Below are positions 36,620-44,306 of a stretch of 64,000 nt of DNA, one piece after another. Origin of the DNA: a virus; the IMG/VR virus record IMGVR_UViG_3300021375_001810, one strand, 5' to 3'. Made by a program: the position numbers and the translations under genes. The first letter of the stretch is position 1. Every line of letters begins with the position of its first letter. The notes below the pieces were generated by a model. That model saw nothing but the letters and a program-made list of their open reading frames with translations, did not search any database and was not told the DNA's origin.

Positions 36620-37203
36620 AACATACTAATTACTTTAATGGCGACATACAAACATATGACGACATATTTACAGAAGAGCAACTAAATGCAATAGCGGCTG
36701 AAGTTACAACACTGAACTATGGCTATGGAAGTATTGATCAAATGTCATTACAAAACTTTCAAGCACCTACTGGGATGGTTAACGTAGGTAAAGGTAACGA
36801 CAACTGGTATAAAGTAGTTGAAGACTATTGCCGTAAAAACATTCCGGAACTAAAAGATATTCCAGAAGGCAGGCATCACGTTAATTTATTTGGACCACGT
36901 GAAAATGCAATGTATCACGAAGATTCCGAAGACGGGTGGACTGCTATTTTTTATGCAAACCAGTATTGGGACATAAACGAAGGCGGCGAAACTAAATTTA
37001 TAATGCCCGCTGATATGTTAGATGATAGTAAAGAAATTAAAACGGACACATTAGATTATCCTGTTGTACTTTCAATAGCACCTATACCAGGAAGGTTAGT
37101 GATATTTAAAGGTAACTTACTACATTCAGCAACTGGGTTTAGAAATACATGGCGTTTTACACCTACTATACAATTTTATAAGACCGGAGATAAAGAAGAA
37201 TGA
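36616..37203 (+). CDS. 2OG-Fe(II) oxygenase
   Basis: HED, W...GGET, PGRLVIF...HSA...R. Confidence 0.8.
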   Translation: MKHTNYFNGDIQTYDDIFTEEQLNAIAAEVTTLNYGYGSIDQMSLQNFQAPTGMVNVGKGNDNWYKVVEDYCRKNIPELKDIPEGRHHVNLFGPRENAMYHEDSEDGWTAIFYANQYWDINEGGETKFIMPADMLDDSKEIKTDTLDYPVVLSIAPIPGRLVIFKGNLLHSATGFRNTWRFTPTIQFYKTGDKEE

Positions 37204-37757
37204 AGAAACATTATTACACATGGGGACACGTTGAAAAAATGTGTATCGATATCGCAATGCAGATGCAGAAAGATAACTGGAAGCCAGACTATATTGTAGG
37301 TATTACACGTGGTGGTAATGTGCCTGCTACAATACTGTCGCATATGTTAGGCGTTCGTTGTGAAGCACTTAAAGTAGCATTACGTGATGGAGATAGTCAT
37401 CAGGAAAGCAACTGTTGGATGTCTAGTGATGCGTTTGGTTACGTTGACGAAGAAGAACGTGCTGTAACTAAAAGCCGTTGGGACGTTAACAAACGTAAAA
37501 ATATTTTAATTGTAGACGATATTAACGATACAGGTGCAACACTTGAGTGGATCAAACAAGATTGGCAGGCAAGTTGTTTACCTAACGAAAGTAGTTGGGA
37601 TACTGTATGGAATAAAAATGTAAGATTTGCTACACTAACTGAAAACCTTGCAAGTAATTTTGACGGTGTTAATTATTCGGCACACGAAGTTAACAAAGCA
37701 GATGAAGATATTTGGTTAGTTTATCCTTGGGAAATAGTAGGCACGTATGATGCATGA
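37200..37757 (+). CDS. Purine phosphoribosyltransferase (Gpt-like)
   Basis: IVGITRGG, LIVDDINDTGATL, WLVYPWE. Confidence 0.88.
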   Translation: MKKHYYTWGHVEKMCIDIAMQMQKDNWKPDYIVGITRGGNVPATILSHMLGVRCEALKVALRDGDSHQESNCWMSSDAFGYVDEEERAVTKSRWDVNKRKNILIVDDINDTGATLEWIKQDWQASCLPNESSWDTVWNKNVRFATLTENLASNFDGVNYSAHEVNKADEDIWLVYPWEIVGTYDA

Positions 37758-38121
37758 TACATTAGAAAAAGCTCAGCAAGATGGCAGAGCACCATGGAGT
37801 AAAGTTTTTTTAGACACTAGAGACTTTGTAGTGTTTGAAGATAAGTATCCGGTAACCGAAGGACACTTATTGATAGTACCAAAAGAAGCAACACAAGACG
37901 AAATTAATAAATGTTTTAAGTTTGCTTTATCAATGGGAAATGACAATGTTGAGTCAGATAAGACTACTATAACAGGTTATAACATTGGCTTAAATATAGG
38001 TACTAGTGCGGGACAGACAGTTATGTATCCGCATGTACATTTAATCTTCCGTCGTGATGGAGACATGGAAGATCCGAAAGGCGGCGTACGGGGCGTCATT
38101 CCATCTAAACAAAAATATTAA
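37747..38121 (+). CDS. HIT-family hydrolase
   Basis: DKYPVTEGHLLIVPK, AGQTVMYPHVHLI. Confidence 0.88.
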   Translation: MMHDTLEKAQQDGRAPWSKVFLDTRDFVVFEDKYPVTEGHLLIVPKEATQDEINKCFKFALSMGNDNVESDKTTITGYNIGLNIGTSAGQTVMYPHVHLIFRRDGDMEDPKGGVRGVIPSKQKY

Positions 38122-38132
38122 GGAAAGGAACT

Positions 38133-38339
38133 ATGGACTTGAAGGAACAAATGATTAAAGCGGCAAGGCTACACGCTGAAGCGGAGATAGAATTGCACAA
38201 AACTAATATTGAAGTATACATGCAAAAAGTTGTAGGCATTGGAGAACATTCTGATATTATCGAAACGATACAAAAAGAATTAGATCAAATGGCTACAGCA
38301 CATGATCGCTTAGAAATGTTAGAAAAGTATTTTGCATAA
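38133..38339 (+). CDS. Hypothetical helical protein
   Basis: VGIGEHSDIIE motif; SD AGGA. Confidence 0.65.
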   Translation: MDLKEQMIKAARLHAEAEIELHKTNIEVYMQKVVGIGEHSDIIETIQKELDQMATAHDRLEMLEKYFA

Positions 38340-38344
38340 AATAC

Positions 38345-38373
38345 TTGACAAAAACCTAAATACAATGTATAAT
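38345..38373 (+). promoter_or_regulatory. Composite promoter TTGACA-N17-TATAAT with late TAAATA in spacer
   Basis: ttgacaaaaacctaaatacaatgtataat; upstream of folE-queE. Confidence 0.8.
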
Positions 38374-38435
38374 GTAAATTATATTGTACATTGTATTTTA
38401 AACGGCAATCCACTGCCTTAACATCGGAGATTAAA

Positions 38436-39125
38436 ATGGGTAAAGTAAGACAAATTAGAGCAAAGTTAGAAGATGCTGGCATTCGTTATTGGGCGGGTGA
38501 CAACATTTCAAAAGTGCTACAAAAACACGACAAAGAAGAATTAATTAACGAAGCAACTAGAGCTTTTGAAGGTGTGTTAGATGCACTGTTAATTGATCGA
38601 ATTAATGATCCTAACAGCCAAGGTACAGCAAGGCGTCTTGCTAAAATGTACTACAATGAAATTATGGCAGGACGTTATGATCCAGCACCAAGTGCAACAT
38701 CATTTCCAAACGATTCAACAGACCGTTATGAAGGTATGCTAGTAGTGCGTTCGGAACTAAAAAGTATGTGTTCACATCATCACCAGCCAGTAGCAGGTGT
38801 TGCATACATTGGTATTATTGCCGCAGACAAATTAATTGGTCTAAGCAAGTACACACGTATTGCACAGTGGTGTGCTAGACGTGGAACACTACAAGAAGAA
38901 CTTGCAAACGAAATTGCACGTGAAATTCAAAAAGTTACAGATGCAGAACACTTAGGTGTTTATATTCAAGCAACACACGGTTGTTGTGAGAATAGAGGCA
39001 TTATGGCAACTAGCAGTCTTACACAAACAACTGTGTTGCGTGGTGCGTTTAAGGATGACGCTGGTACAAAGAAAGAGTTCTTTGACAATATTAAATTACA
39101 ACAAGAATATGCTTGTGGAAAGTAG
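38436..39125 (+). CDS. folE: GTP cyclohydrolase I
   Basis: SMCSHH, IGLSK, RRGTLQE, HGCCENRG; start reassigned to ATG 38436 after GGAG. Confidence 0.95.
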   Translation: MGKVRQIRAKLEDAGIRYWAGDNISKVLQKHDKEELINEATRAFEGVLDALLIDRINDPNSQGTARRLAKMYYNEIMAGRYDPAPSATSFPNDSTDRYEGMLVVRSELKSMCSHHHQPVAGVAYIGIIAADKLIGLSKYTRIAQWCARRGTLQEELANEIAREIQKVTDAEHLGVYIQATHGCCENRGIMATSSLTQTTVLRGAFKDDAGTKKEFFDNIKLQQEYACGK

Positions 39126-39130
39126 ATAAT

Positions 39131-40015
39131 ATGAAATTAAGATATTCAGAAGCGTTTTATAGCGTACAAGGTGAAGGCAAGTTTGTAGGTGTGCCTAGTG
39201 TATTCCTACGTACATTCGGTTGCAACTTTCGTTGTATGAACTTTGGACTAGAACGTGGGACACCTGCTAGAGCAGACGGTGTAAAACATAATCCCGAAGT
39301 AAAAGAATTACTTGACAGCAATATAATTAACACTGTTGAAAAATTTACAGACTTACCTGTAATACATACAGGCTGTGATACATATGCAAGTATCTATCCA
39401 GAATTTAAAAAGTTTATGATGGATAGAACTGTAGATGAAGTAGTTGAACACTTATTGAGTTTGACTCCTAACGGACAGTGGACATTAGATAATGGACAAG
39501 ATATTCATTTAATATTCACAGGCGGAGAACCTTTGTTAGGGTGGCAAAGATTCTATACAGAGCTATTAGAACACCCGCGTATGAAGGACTTAAAAAATGT
39601 TACATTTGAAACAAATACTTCGCAGAAGTTACGACCTGATTTTAGAGACTATCTTAACAATCAAGACAGATTTGAAGTCACTTGGAGTTGTTCCCCAAAA
39701 CTTAGTGTCAGCGGAGAACGCTGGGAGGATGCTATTAACCCTGATATTGCTAGTGAGTATTTCAGTGTTCTTAATAGTAAACTTTATCTTAAGTTTGTTG
39801 TGGCTGATAGCATTGACGTTGAAGAAGTTAAAAGAGCTGTTGCTGAGTATAGGAGCGCCGGGGTCGAGTGTCCGGTATATCTTATGCCGCTCGGAGGACG
39901 CTCTGAAGAATATAAACTTAACGTTAAAGAAGTGGCTGAATTATGTATGGCGCAAGGATGGAGGTTTACACCAAGACTCCATATCGACCTTTTCGGCAAT
40001 GCATGGGGGACTTAG
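39131..40015 (+). CDS. queE: 7-carboxy-7-deazaguanine synthase (radical SAM)
   Basis: FYSVQGEG, FLRTFGCNFRC...GCDT, TGGEP, FETN, SPKL, RLH. Confidence 0.9.
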   Translation: MKLRYSEAFYSVQGEGKFVGVPSVFLRTFGCNFRCMNFGLERGTPARADGVKHNPEVKELLDSNIINTVEKFTDLPVIHTGCDTYASIYPEFKKFMMDRTVDEVVEHLLSLTPNGQWTLDNGQDIHLIFTGGEPLLGWQRFYTELLEHPRMKDLKNVTFETNTSQKLRPDFRDYLNNQDRFEVTWSCSPKLSVSGERWEDAINPDIASEYFSVLNSKLYLKFVVADSIDVEEVKRAVAEYRSAGVECPVYLMPLGGRSEEYKLNVKEVAELCMAQGWRFTPRLHIDLFGNAWGT

Positions 40016-40115
40016 TCGAAATGAACTTGATAGGTACCATAATAAACAACATGAACGTGCAATGAATGCACCAATTGAAACACCAGAGCATAGAGCTCGG
40101 AAGGCAGGACTGTAA

Positions 40116-40505
40116 ATGAAAGATATAATTAATAAATTAAATCCTTTTGCCACAAAAGAAAAAACTGTAGAAGATGTAAAAACTACAGAACAAGAGCGTA
40201 GAGCTATTCTTGATAAAGAAAAAGCAGCCGCTACAGCAAAAGGCAAACCTTGGGTTGCTGTATTAGATACACAAGTCAATCCTGAAAACATTAGAAATGG
40301 GTTTTTTGAACTTGATTGGAATAACGAGTTTATTGAACAACTATTGGATGCAGGATATAAAGGCGAAACTAACGAAGAAATTATCGACAAGTGGTTTAGA
40401 AGTATTGTAATTCAAATGCTTGAAGAAGAAGGCCAAAGTATTGATAGAGATATGGGCTATATTAACGTAGTTCCGTTAGATAAAGACAAAAGCGAAGTAT
40501 CTTAA
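40116..40505 (+). CDS. Hypothetical phage protein
   Basis: NGFFELDWNNEF motif; 129 aa. Confidence 0.7.
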   Translation: MKDIINKLNPFATKEKTVEDVKTTEQERRAILDKEKAAATAKGKPWVAVLDTQVNPENIRNGFFELDWNNEFIEQLLDAGYKGETNEEIIDKWFRSIVIQMLEEEGQSIDRDMGYINVVPLDKDKSEVS

Positions 40506-40508
40506 TGC

Positions 40509-40537
40509 TTGACTTTGTATGCAAAAGAGCGTACAAT
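40509..40537 (+). promoter_or_regulatory. sigma70-type promoter TTGACT-N17-TACAAT
   Basis: 17-nt spacer. Confidence 0.7.
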
Positions 40538-40569
40538 ATAGTTATTAACACAACACTAAAGGCAATATA

Positions 40570-41556
40570 ATGGCAACTTATGTATTAGTAGATACAGCAA
40601 ACACTTTTTTTAGAGCTCGACACGTAGTTCGTGGCGACTTAGATACTAAAGTAGGCATGGCTTTACACATCACACTTAGTGGTGTTAAAAAGGCATGGCA
40701 AGACTTTGAAGCAGATCATGTTGTATTTTGTTTAGAAGGACGTAGCTGGCGTAAAGACTTTTACGAACCTTACAAGCGTAATAGACAAGTTACACGTGAT
40801 AAGATGACTGTTACTGAGTCTGAAGAAGATAAAGTGTTTTGGGAGATCTTTGACGAGTTTAAAAACTTTGTAGATACTAAGACTAATTGTACAGTTATGC
40901 AACATCCGCAATTAGAAGCAGATGATCTTATTGCAGGTTGGGTACAATCACATCCTAATGATAATCATGTTATTATTAGTACTGACGGTGACTTTGCACA
41001 ACTTATTGCACCTAATGTAAAACAGTACAATGGCATTCAAGACGTTACTATTACACATGAAGGTTACTTTGATAAGAAAGGTAATCCTGTAATTGACAAG
41101 AAAACTAAAGAGGCTAAGCCTGCACCTGACCCTGCATTTATGTTGTTTGAAAAGTGTATGCGTGGCGACACTAGTGACAACGTGTTTAGTGCATATCCAG
41201 GTGTACGTAAAAAAGGCACTAAGAACAAAGTAGGTCTTATAGAAGCGTTTGAAGACAAAGACAGCAAAGGCTTTAATTGGAATAACATGATGTTACAACG
41301 TTGGACTGATCATGAAGGTACTGAACATCGTGTACTAGATGATTATACTCGTAATGTTGTACTATGTGACTTAACAGCACAACCTACAGACATTAGAGAG
41401 ATAATTAATAACACTATTGAAGAAAACGCAAAGCCCAAAGAAGTACAACAAGTAGGTATGCGTCTTATGAAATTTTGTGCTAAGTGGGATATGCAACGTA
41501 TTGCAGATCAAGCACAATACTTTGCAGAACCGCTAAATGCAAGGTATCCGGAGTAA
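40570..41556 (+). CDS. RNase H / 5'-3' flap exonuclease (T4 rnh-like)
   Basis: LVD, SWRKDFY..YKRNR, EADD, STDGDF.QL, GDTSDN. Confidence 0.9.
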   Translation: MATYVLVDTANTFFRARHVVRGDLDTKVGMALHITLSGVKKAWQDFEADHVVFCLEGRSWRKDFYEPYKRNRQVTRDKMTVTESEEDKVFWEIFDEFKNFVDTKTNCTVMQHPQLEADDLIAGWVQSHPNDNHVIISTDGDFAQLIAPNVKQYNGIQDVTITHEGYFDKKGNPVIDKKTKEAKPAPDPAFMLFEKCMRGDTSDNVFSAYPGVRKKGTKNKVGLIEAFEDKDSKGFNWNNMMLQRWTDHEGTEHRVLDDYTRNVVLCDLTAQPTDIREIINNTIEENAKPKEVQQVGMRLMKFCAKWDMQRIADQAQYFAEPLNARYPE

Positions 41557-41563
41557 GGAATAA

Positions 41564-42037
41564 ATGATGAAAGCAAAGACTATTTTAAAAGATAAATTTT
41601 GGATTGTTGAAAGTGATGGAGAACGAGTAGGAACTCTTTCATTATCAGAAGACAAGTATCTTTTCAGTTCGGGTGCCGCAACTCAATATTTTGATAGCGA
41701 ACGTGCCTTAAAGAAAACATTTGGTAAAGATGTTTTTGTAGATGCTATTACACAAGTTGTACCAGAAGAAGTTCCAACTAAAGAAGTGTATAACTTTCCA
41801 ACAAGTTGTGTTCCTTATAATAGTTTGTATGATGTAAAAAATAAATTACCATTGTTTACTAAAAGTAATAAAAGTAAAAGTCTGTATTGTGCAGGTTATT
41901 ATATTATACATTTTGATAAGGGATGGGTCAAAAGTTTTTGTCCTAAACTAATTACAATTGAGCGTTACGACTTTAAAGGTCCATTCAAAACAGATATTGA
42001 AATGCGTCAAGCATTGAGTATTGAAAATGCAAAATGA
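41564..42037 (+). CDS. Hypothetical phage protein
   Basis: 157 aa, SLYCAGYY...FCPK. Confidence 0.7.
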   Translation: MMKAKTILKDKFWIVESDGERVGTLSLSEDKYLFSSGAATQYFDSERALKKTFGKDVFVDAITQVVPEEVPTKEVYNFPTSCVPYNSLYDVKNKLPLFTKSNKSKSLYCAGYYIIHFDKGWVKSFCPKLITIERYDFKGPFKTDIEMRQALSIENAK

Positions 42038-42272
42038 ACCACTAAACACATTCCCTATTCAGCAATTCTTACAAAAGGTAAAGGTTGCTGACAGCGGGAA
42101 CGCTAAAGAAGTTAAACTTAGTATAACAGAAGCAAAGGCATTAGCGTATACATTAGGTATCACTATGTCACGCTTAGAAGGCGATTTAGAGCGTCTTATA
42201 GCGTCATACAGCAAGGGTAATGACGAAGTTATACAAGTGAGCTTAGATGGCGGAAGTGGCGACTGGAAGTAA
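42027..42272 (+). CDS. Hypothetical protein
   Basis: Coupled ORF ending DGGSGDWK. Confidence 0.6.
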   Translation: MQNEPLNTFPIQQFLQKVKVADSGNAKEVKLSITEAKALAYTLGITMSRLEGDLERLIASYSKGNDEVIQVSLDGGSGDWK

Positions 42273-42297
42273 ACTACGTAGTTTACCAATAAAAAGA

Positions 42298-42335
42298 GAT
42301 AAATATATGCGTACATAATTAAGGATTACGCATAT
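42298..42335 (+). promoter_or_regulatory. Late promoter GATAAATA overlapping an RBS/start-sequestering hairpin
   Basis: ATATGCGTA (42305-42313) / TACGCATAT (42327-42335) stem encloses AAGGA and includes AT of ATG 42334. Confidence 0.65.
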
Positions 42336-42624
42336 GAGCAGACCTAAACCAAAAATACTTTTAGAGCATATAGATAAGAAAACTTATCGTGCTGAACAAA
42401 TTTTAGATGCAGAAGCAATATGGGCTGTATTTTATAAAAACAAACCTTTTAATCTTAAAAGTCTAAATGCTATCACAAATTATCCTGGACCAAAATATAA
42501 AAAAGTTTCCTTTTCAAATCCAGGACATGCAATAAACTTATCAAAAAAACTTAACGATCTATTCAACTGTGAGGACTTTACAGTTGTAATGTTAACCTCT
42601 GGTGAGATTGTTACGACAGAATGA
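42334..42624 (+). CDS. Hypothetical phage protein (MSRPKP family)
   Basis: 96 aa, GPKYKKVSFSNPGHA. Confidence 0.7.
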   Translation: MSRPKPKILLEHIDKKTYRAEQILDAEAIWAVFYKNKPFNLKSLNAITNYPGPKYKKVSFSNPGHAINLSKKLNDLFNCEDFTVVMLTSGEIVTTE

Positions 42625-43004
42625 ACTGGAAAGAGACATACACTAAGGTCTTTCTAAAACAACTTGACAAAACTGTGAACGATGCAGCTGTAGCCGAGTA
42701 CATGCCGTTGTGGTGGCAAAATACAAGAGAAAAAACAACCGGAGGTTTGCGTCTTACTGAAACAGGCTTTGATGTTATTAACACTATACAATTAGCCACA
42801 TACGAAATACCTTATCCTGCCGATATGCCTATAACTACACAAATTATTATATTCTTAGACAAATTTTATGACTGTCCTTACTACATATCAAGACATAGTA
42901 TCTTTGTTACAAGCGAACGAAAGGCTGTCGAATTGGGTCTCTTTTCAGGAGATCTACGCAAGTACGGACTAGCCAAAGCATTATCTAGACAAGAAAAAAA
43001 TTAA
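42621..43004 (+). CDS. Hypothetical phage protein
   Basis: 127 aa, GGLRLTETG. Confidence 0.7.
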   Translation: MNWKETYTKVFLKQLDKTVNDAAVAEYMPLWWQNTREKTTGGLRLTETGFDVINTIQLATYEIPYPADMPITTQIIIFLDKFYDCPYYISRHSIFVTSERKAVELGLFSGDLRKYGLAKALSRQEKN

Positions 43005-43021
43005 TTATCTGCCAAAAAAGG

Positions 43022-43050
43022 TTGACTTTGTCCCTTATTGAGCGTATTAT
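43022..43050 (+). promoter_or_regulatory. sigma70-type promoter TTGACT-N17-TATTAT
   Basis: 17-nt spacer; upstream of MoxR. Confidence 0.65.
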
Positions 43051-43108
43051 ATATACATAGTTAGAAATTAGCACTGATAACTGAAATACACCAAGAGAGG
43101 TAATACAT

Positions 43109-44197
43109 ATGGAAAACGTAGCTATTCGACAAATCACTCCTAACAGAGCAAAGAGCAGTATTTTTCACGCAATGAAAAAGAAGCGTCCGATCTTTTTATG
43201 GGGTCCCCCAGGTATTGGCAAATCAGAGATTGTACACCAAATTGGTAATGACCTTGATGCCCATGTAACTGACATTCGTTTGTCATTATGGGAGCCAACT
43301 GATATTAAAGGTATTCCTTACTTCAATAGTAATGAGAATACAATGGTTTGGGCTCCGCCTGCAGAACTTCCTACAGAAGAATTTGCAAAGAAGCACAAAT
43401 ATATTATTCTTTTCTTAGATGAAATGAATTCTGCGGCACCTAGTGTACAGGCGGCTGCATATCAACTTATTCTTAATCGTAAGATTGGCACTTACAAACT
43501 GCCAGACAATGTACTAATTGTTGCGGCAGGTAACCGTGATGCAGATAAAGGTGTAACATACAGAATGCCAGCACCGTTGGCAAACCGTTTTGTTCACTTA
43601 GAACTTACTGTATCATTTGACGATTGGTTCCAGTGGGCTGTAGAACACAATATCCATGCTGATGTTGCAGGTTACTTACAGTTTGCAAAGAAAGACTTAT
43701 ATGACTTTGATCCAAAAAGTCCAAGCCGTTCTTTTGCAACTCCACGTTCGTGGACTTTTGTATCCGAGTTGTTAGATGATGACTTAGATGCAGAAACTAC
43801 AACCGACCTTGTATCAGGTGCCATTGGTGAAGGTCTTGCTGTTAAGTTTATGGCACACCGTAAAGTAGCGTCAACTATGCCTAACCCATCAGATATTTTA
43901 GATGGTAAGGTAAATGAGTTGAAACAGAAAGAAATCAGTGCTATGTATTCCCTCACTGTTTCACTTTGCTACGAACTAAAAGAAAGCTCGGATAAAAACG
44001 ATAAGAAGTTTAACGATAAAGTTAATAACTTTTTACGTTTTGCAATGGATAACTTCGAAACTGAACTGGTAGTTATGGGTATGAAATTGGCGTTGACACA
44101 ATATGAATTGCCTATTGATCCAGACGAAATTGATTGTTTTGATGAGTTCCATGAGCGTTTTGGAAAGTATATTAAGGCCGCTCAAACAAGGTCTTAA
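43109..44197 (+). CDS. MoxR-like AAA+ ATPase
   Basis: GPPGIGKS, LFLDEMN, AAGN, PLANRF, TPRSW. Confidence 0.9.
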   Translation: MENVAIRQITPNRAKSSIFHAMKKKRPIFLWGPPGIGKSEIVHQIGNDLDAHVTDIRLSLWEPTDIKGIPYFNSNENTMVWAPPAELPTEEFAKKHKYIILFLDEMNSAAPSVQAAAYQLILNRKIGTYKLPDNVLIVAAGNRDADKGVTYRMPAPLANRFVHLELTVSFDDWFQWAVEHNIHADVAGYLQFAKKDLYDFDPKSPSRSFATPRSWTFVSELLDDDLDAETTTDLVSGAIGEGLAVKFMAHRKVASTMPNPSDILDGKVNELKQKEISAMYSLTVSLCYELKESSDKNDKKFNDKVNNFLRFAMDNFETELVVMGMKLALTQYELPIDPDEIDCFDEFHERFGKYIKAAQTRS

Positions 44198-44210
44198 GGT
44201 GTGTTGGGTT

Positions 44211-44246
44211 TGGACGTTCCCGTACAAAAAACGTCCATTTCTTCTT
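44211..44246 (+). terminator. Intrinsic terminator after moxR
   Basis: TGGACGTT / AACGTCCA stem followed by TTTCTTCTT. Confidence 0.6.
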
Positions 44247-44273
44247 GACTTTTATGTCGATTTACTATATACT
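44245..44273 (+). promoter_or_regulatory. sigma70-type promoter TTGACT-N17-TATACT
   Basis: 17-nt spacer; upstream of VWA gene. Confidence 0.65.
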
Positions 44274-44306
44274 AACAGTATAAACAATGCAAAGAGGATA
44301 TAGCAC

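Noticed and set aside
39597-40115. 172-aa ORF overlapping queE
   Set aside because: Mostly an alternative frame of queE; at most the last ~38 codons (39999-40115) could be a small gene, and support is weak.
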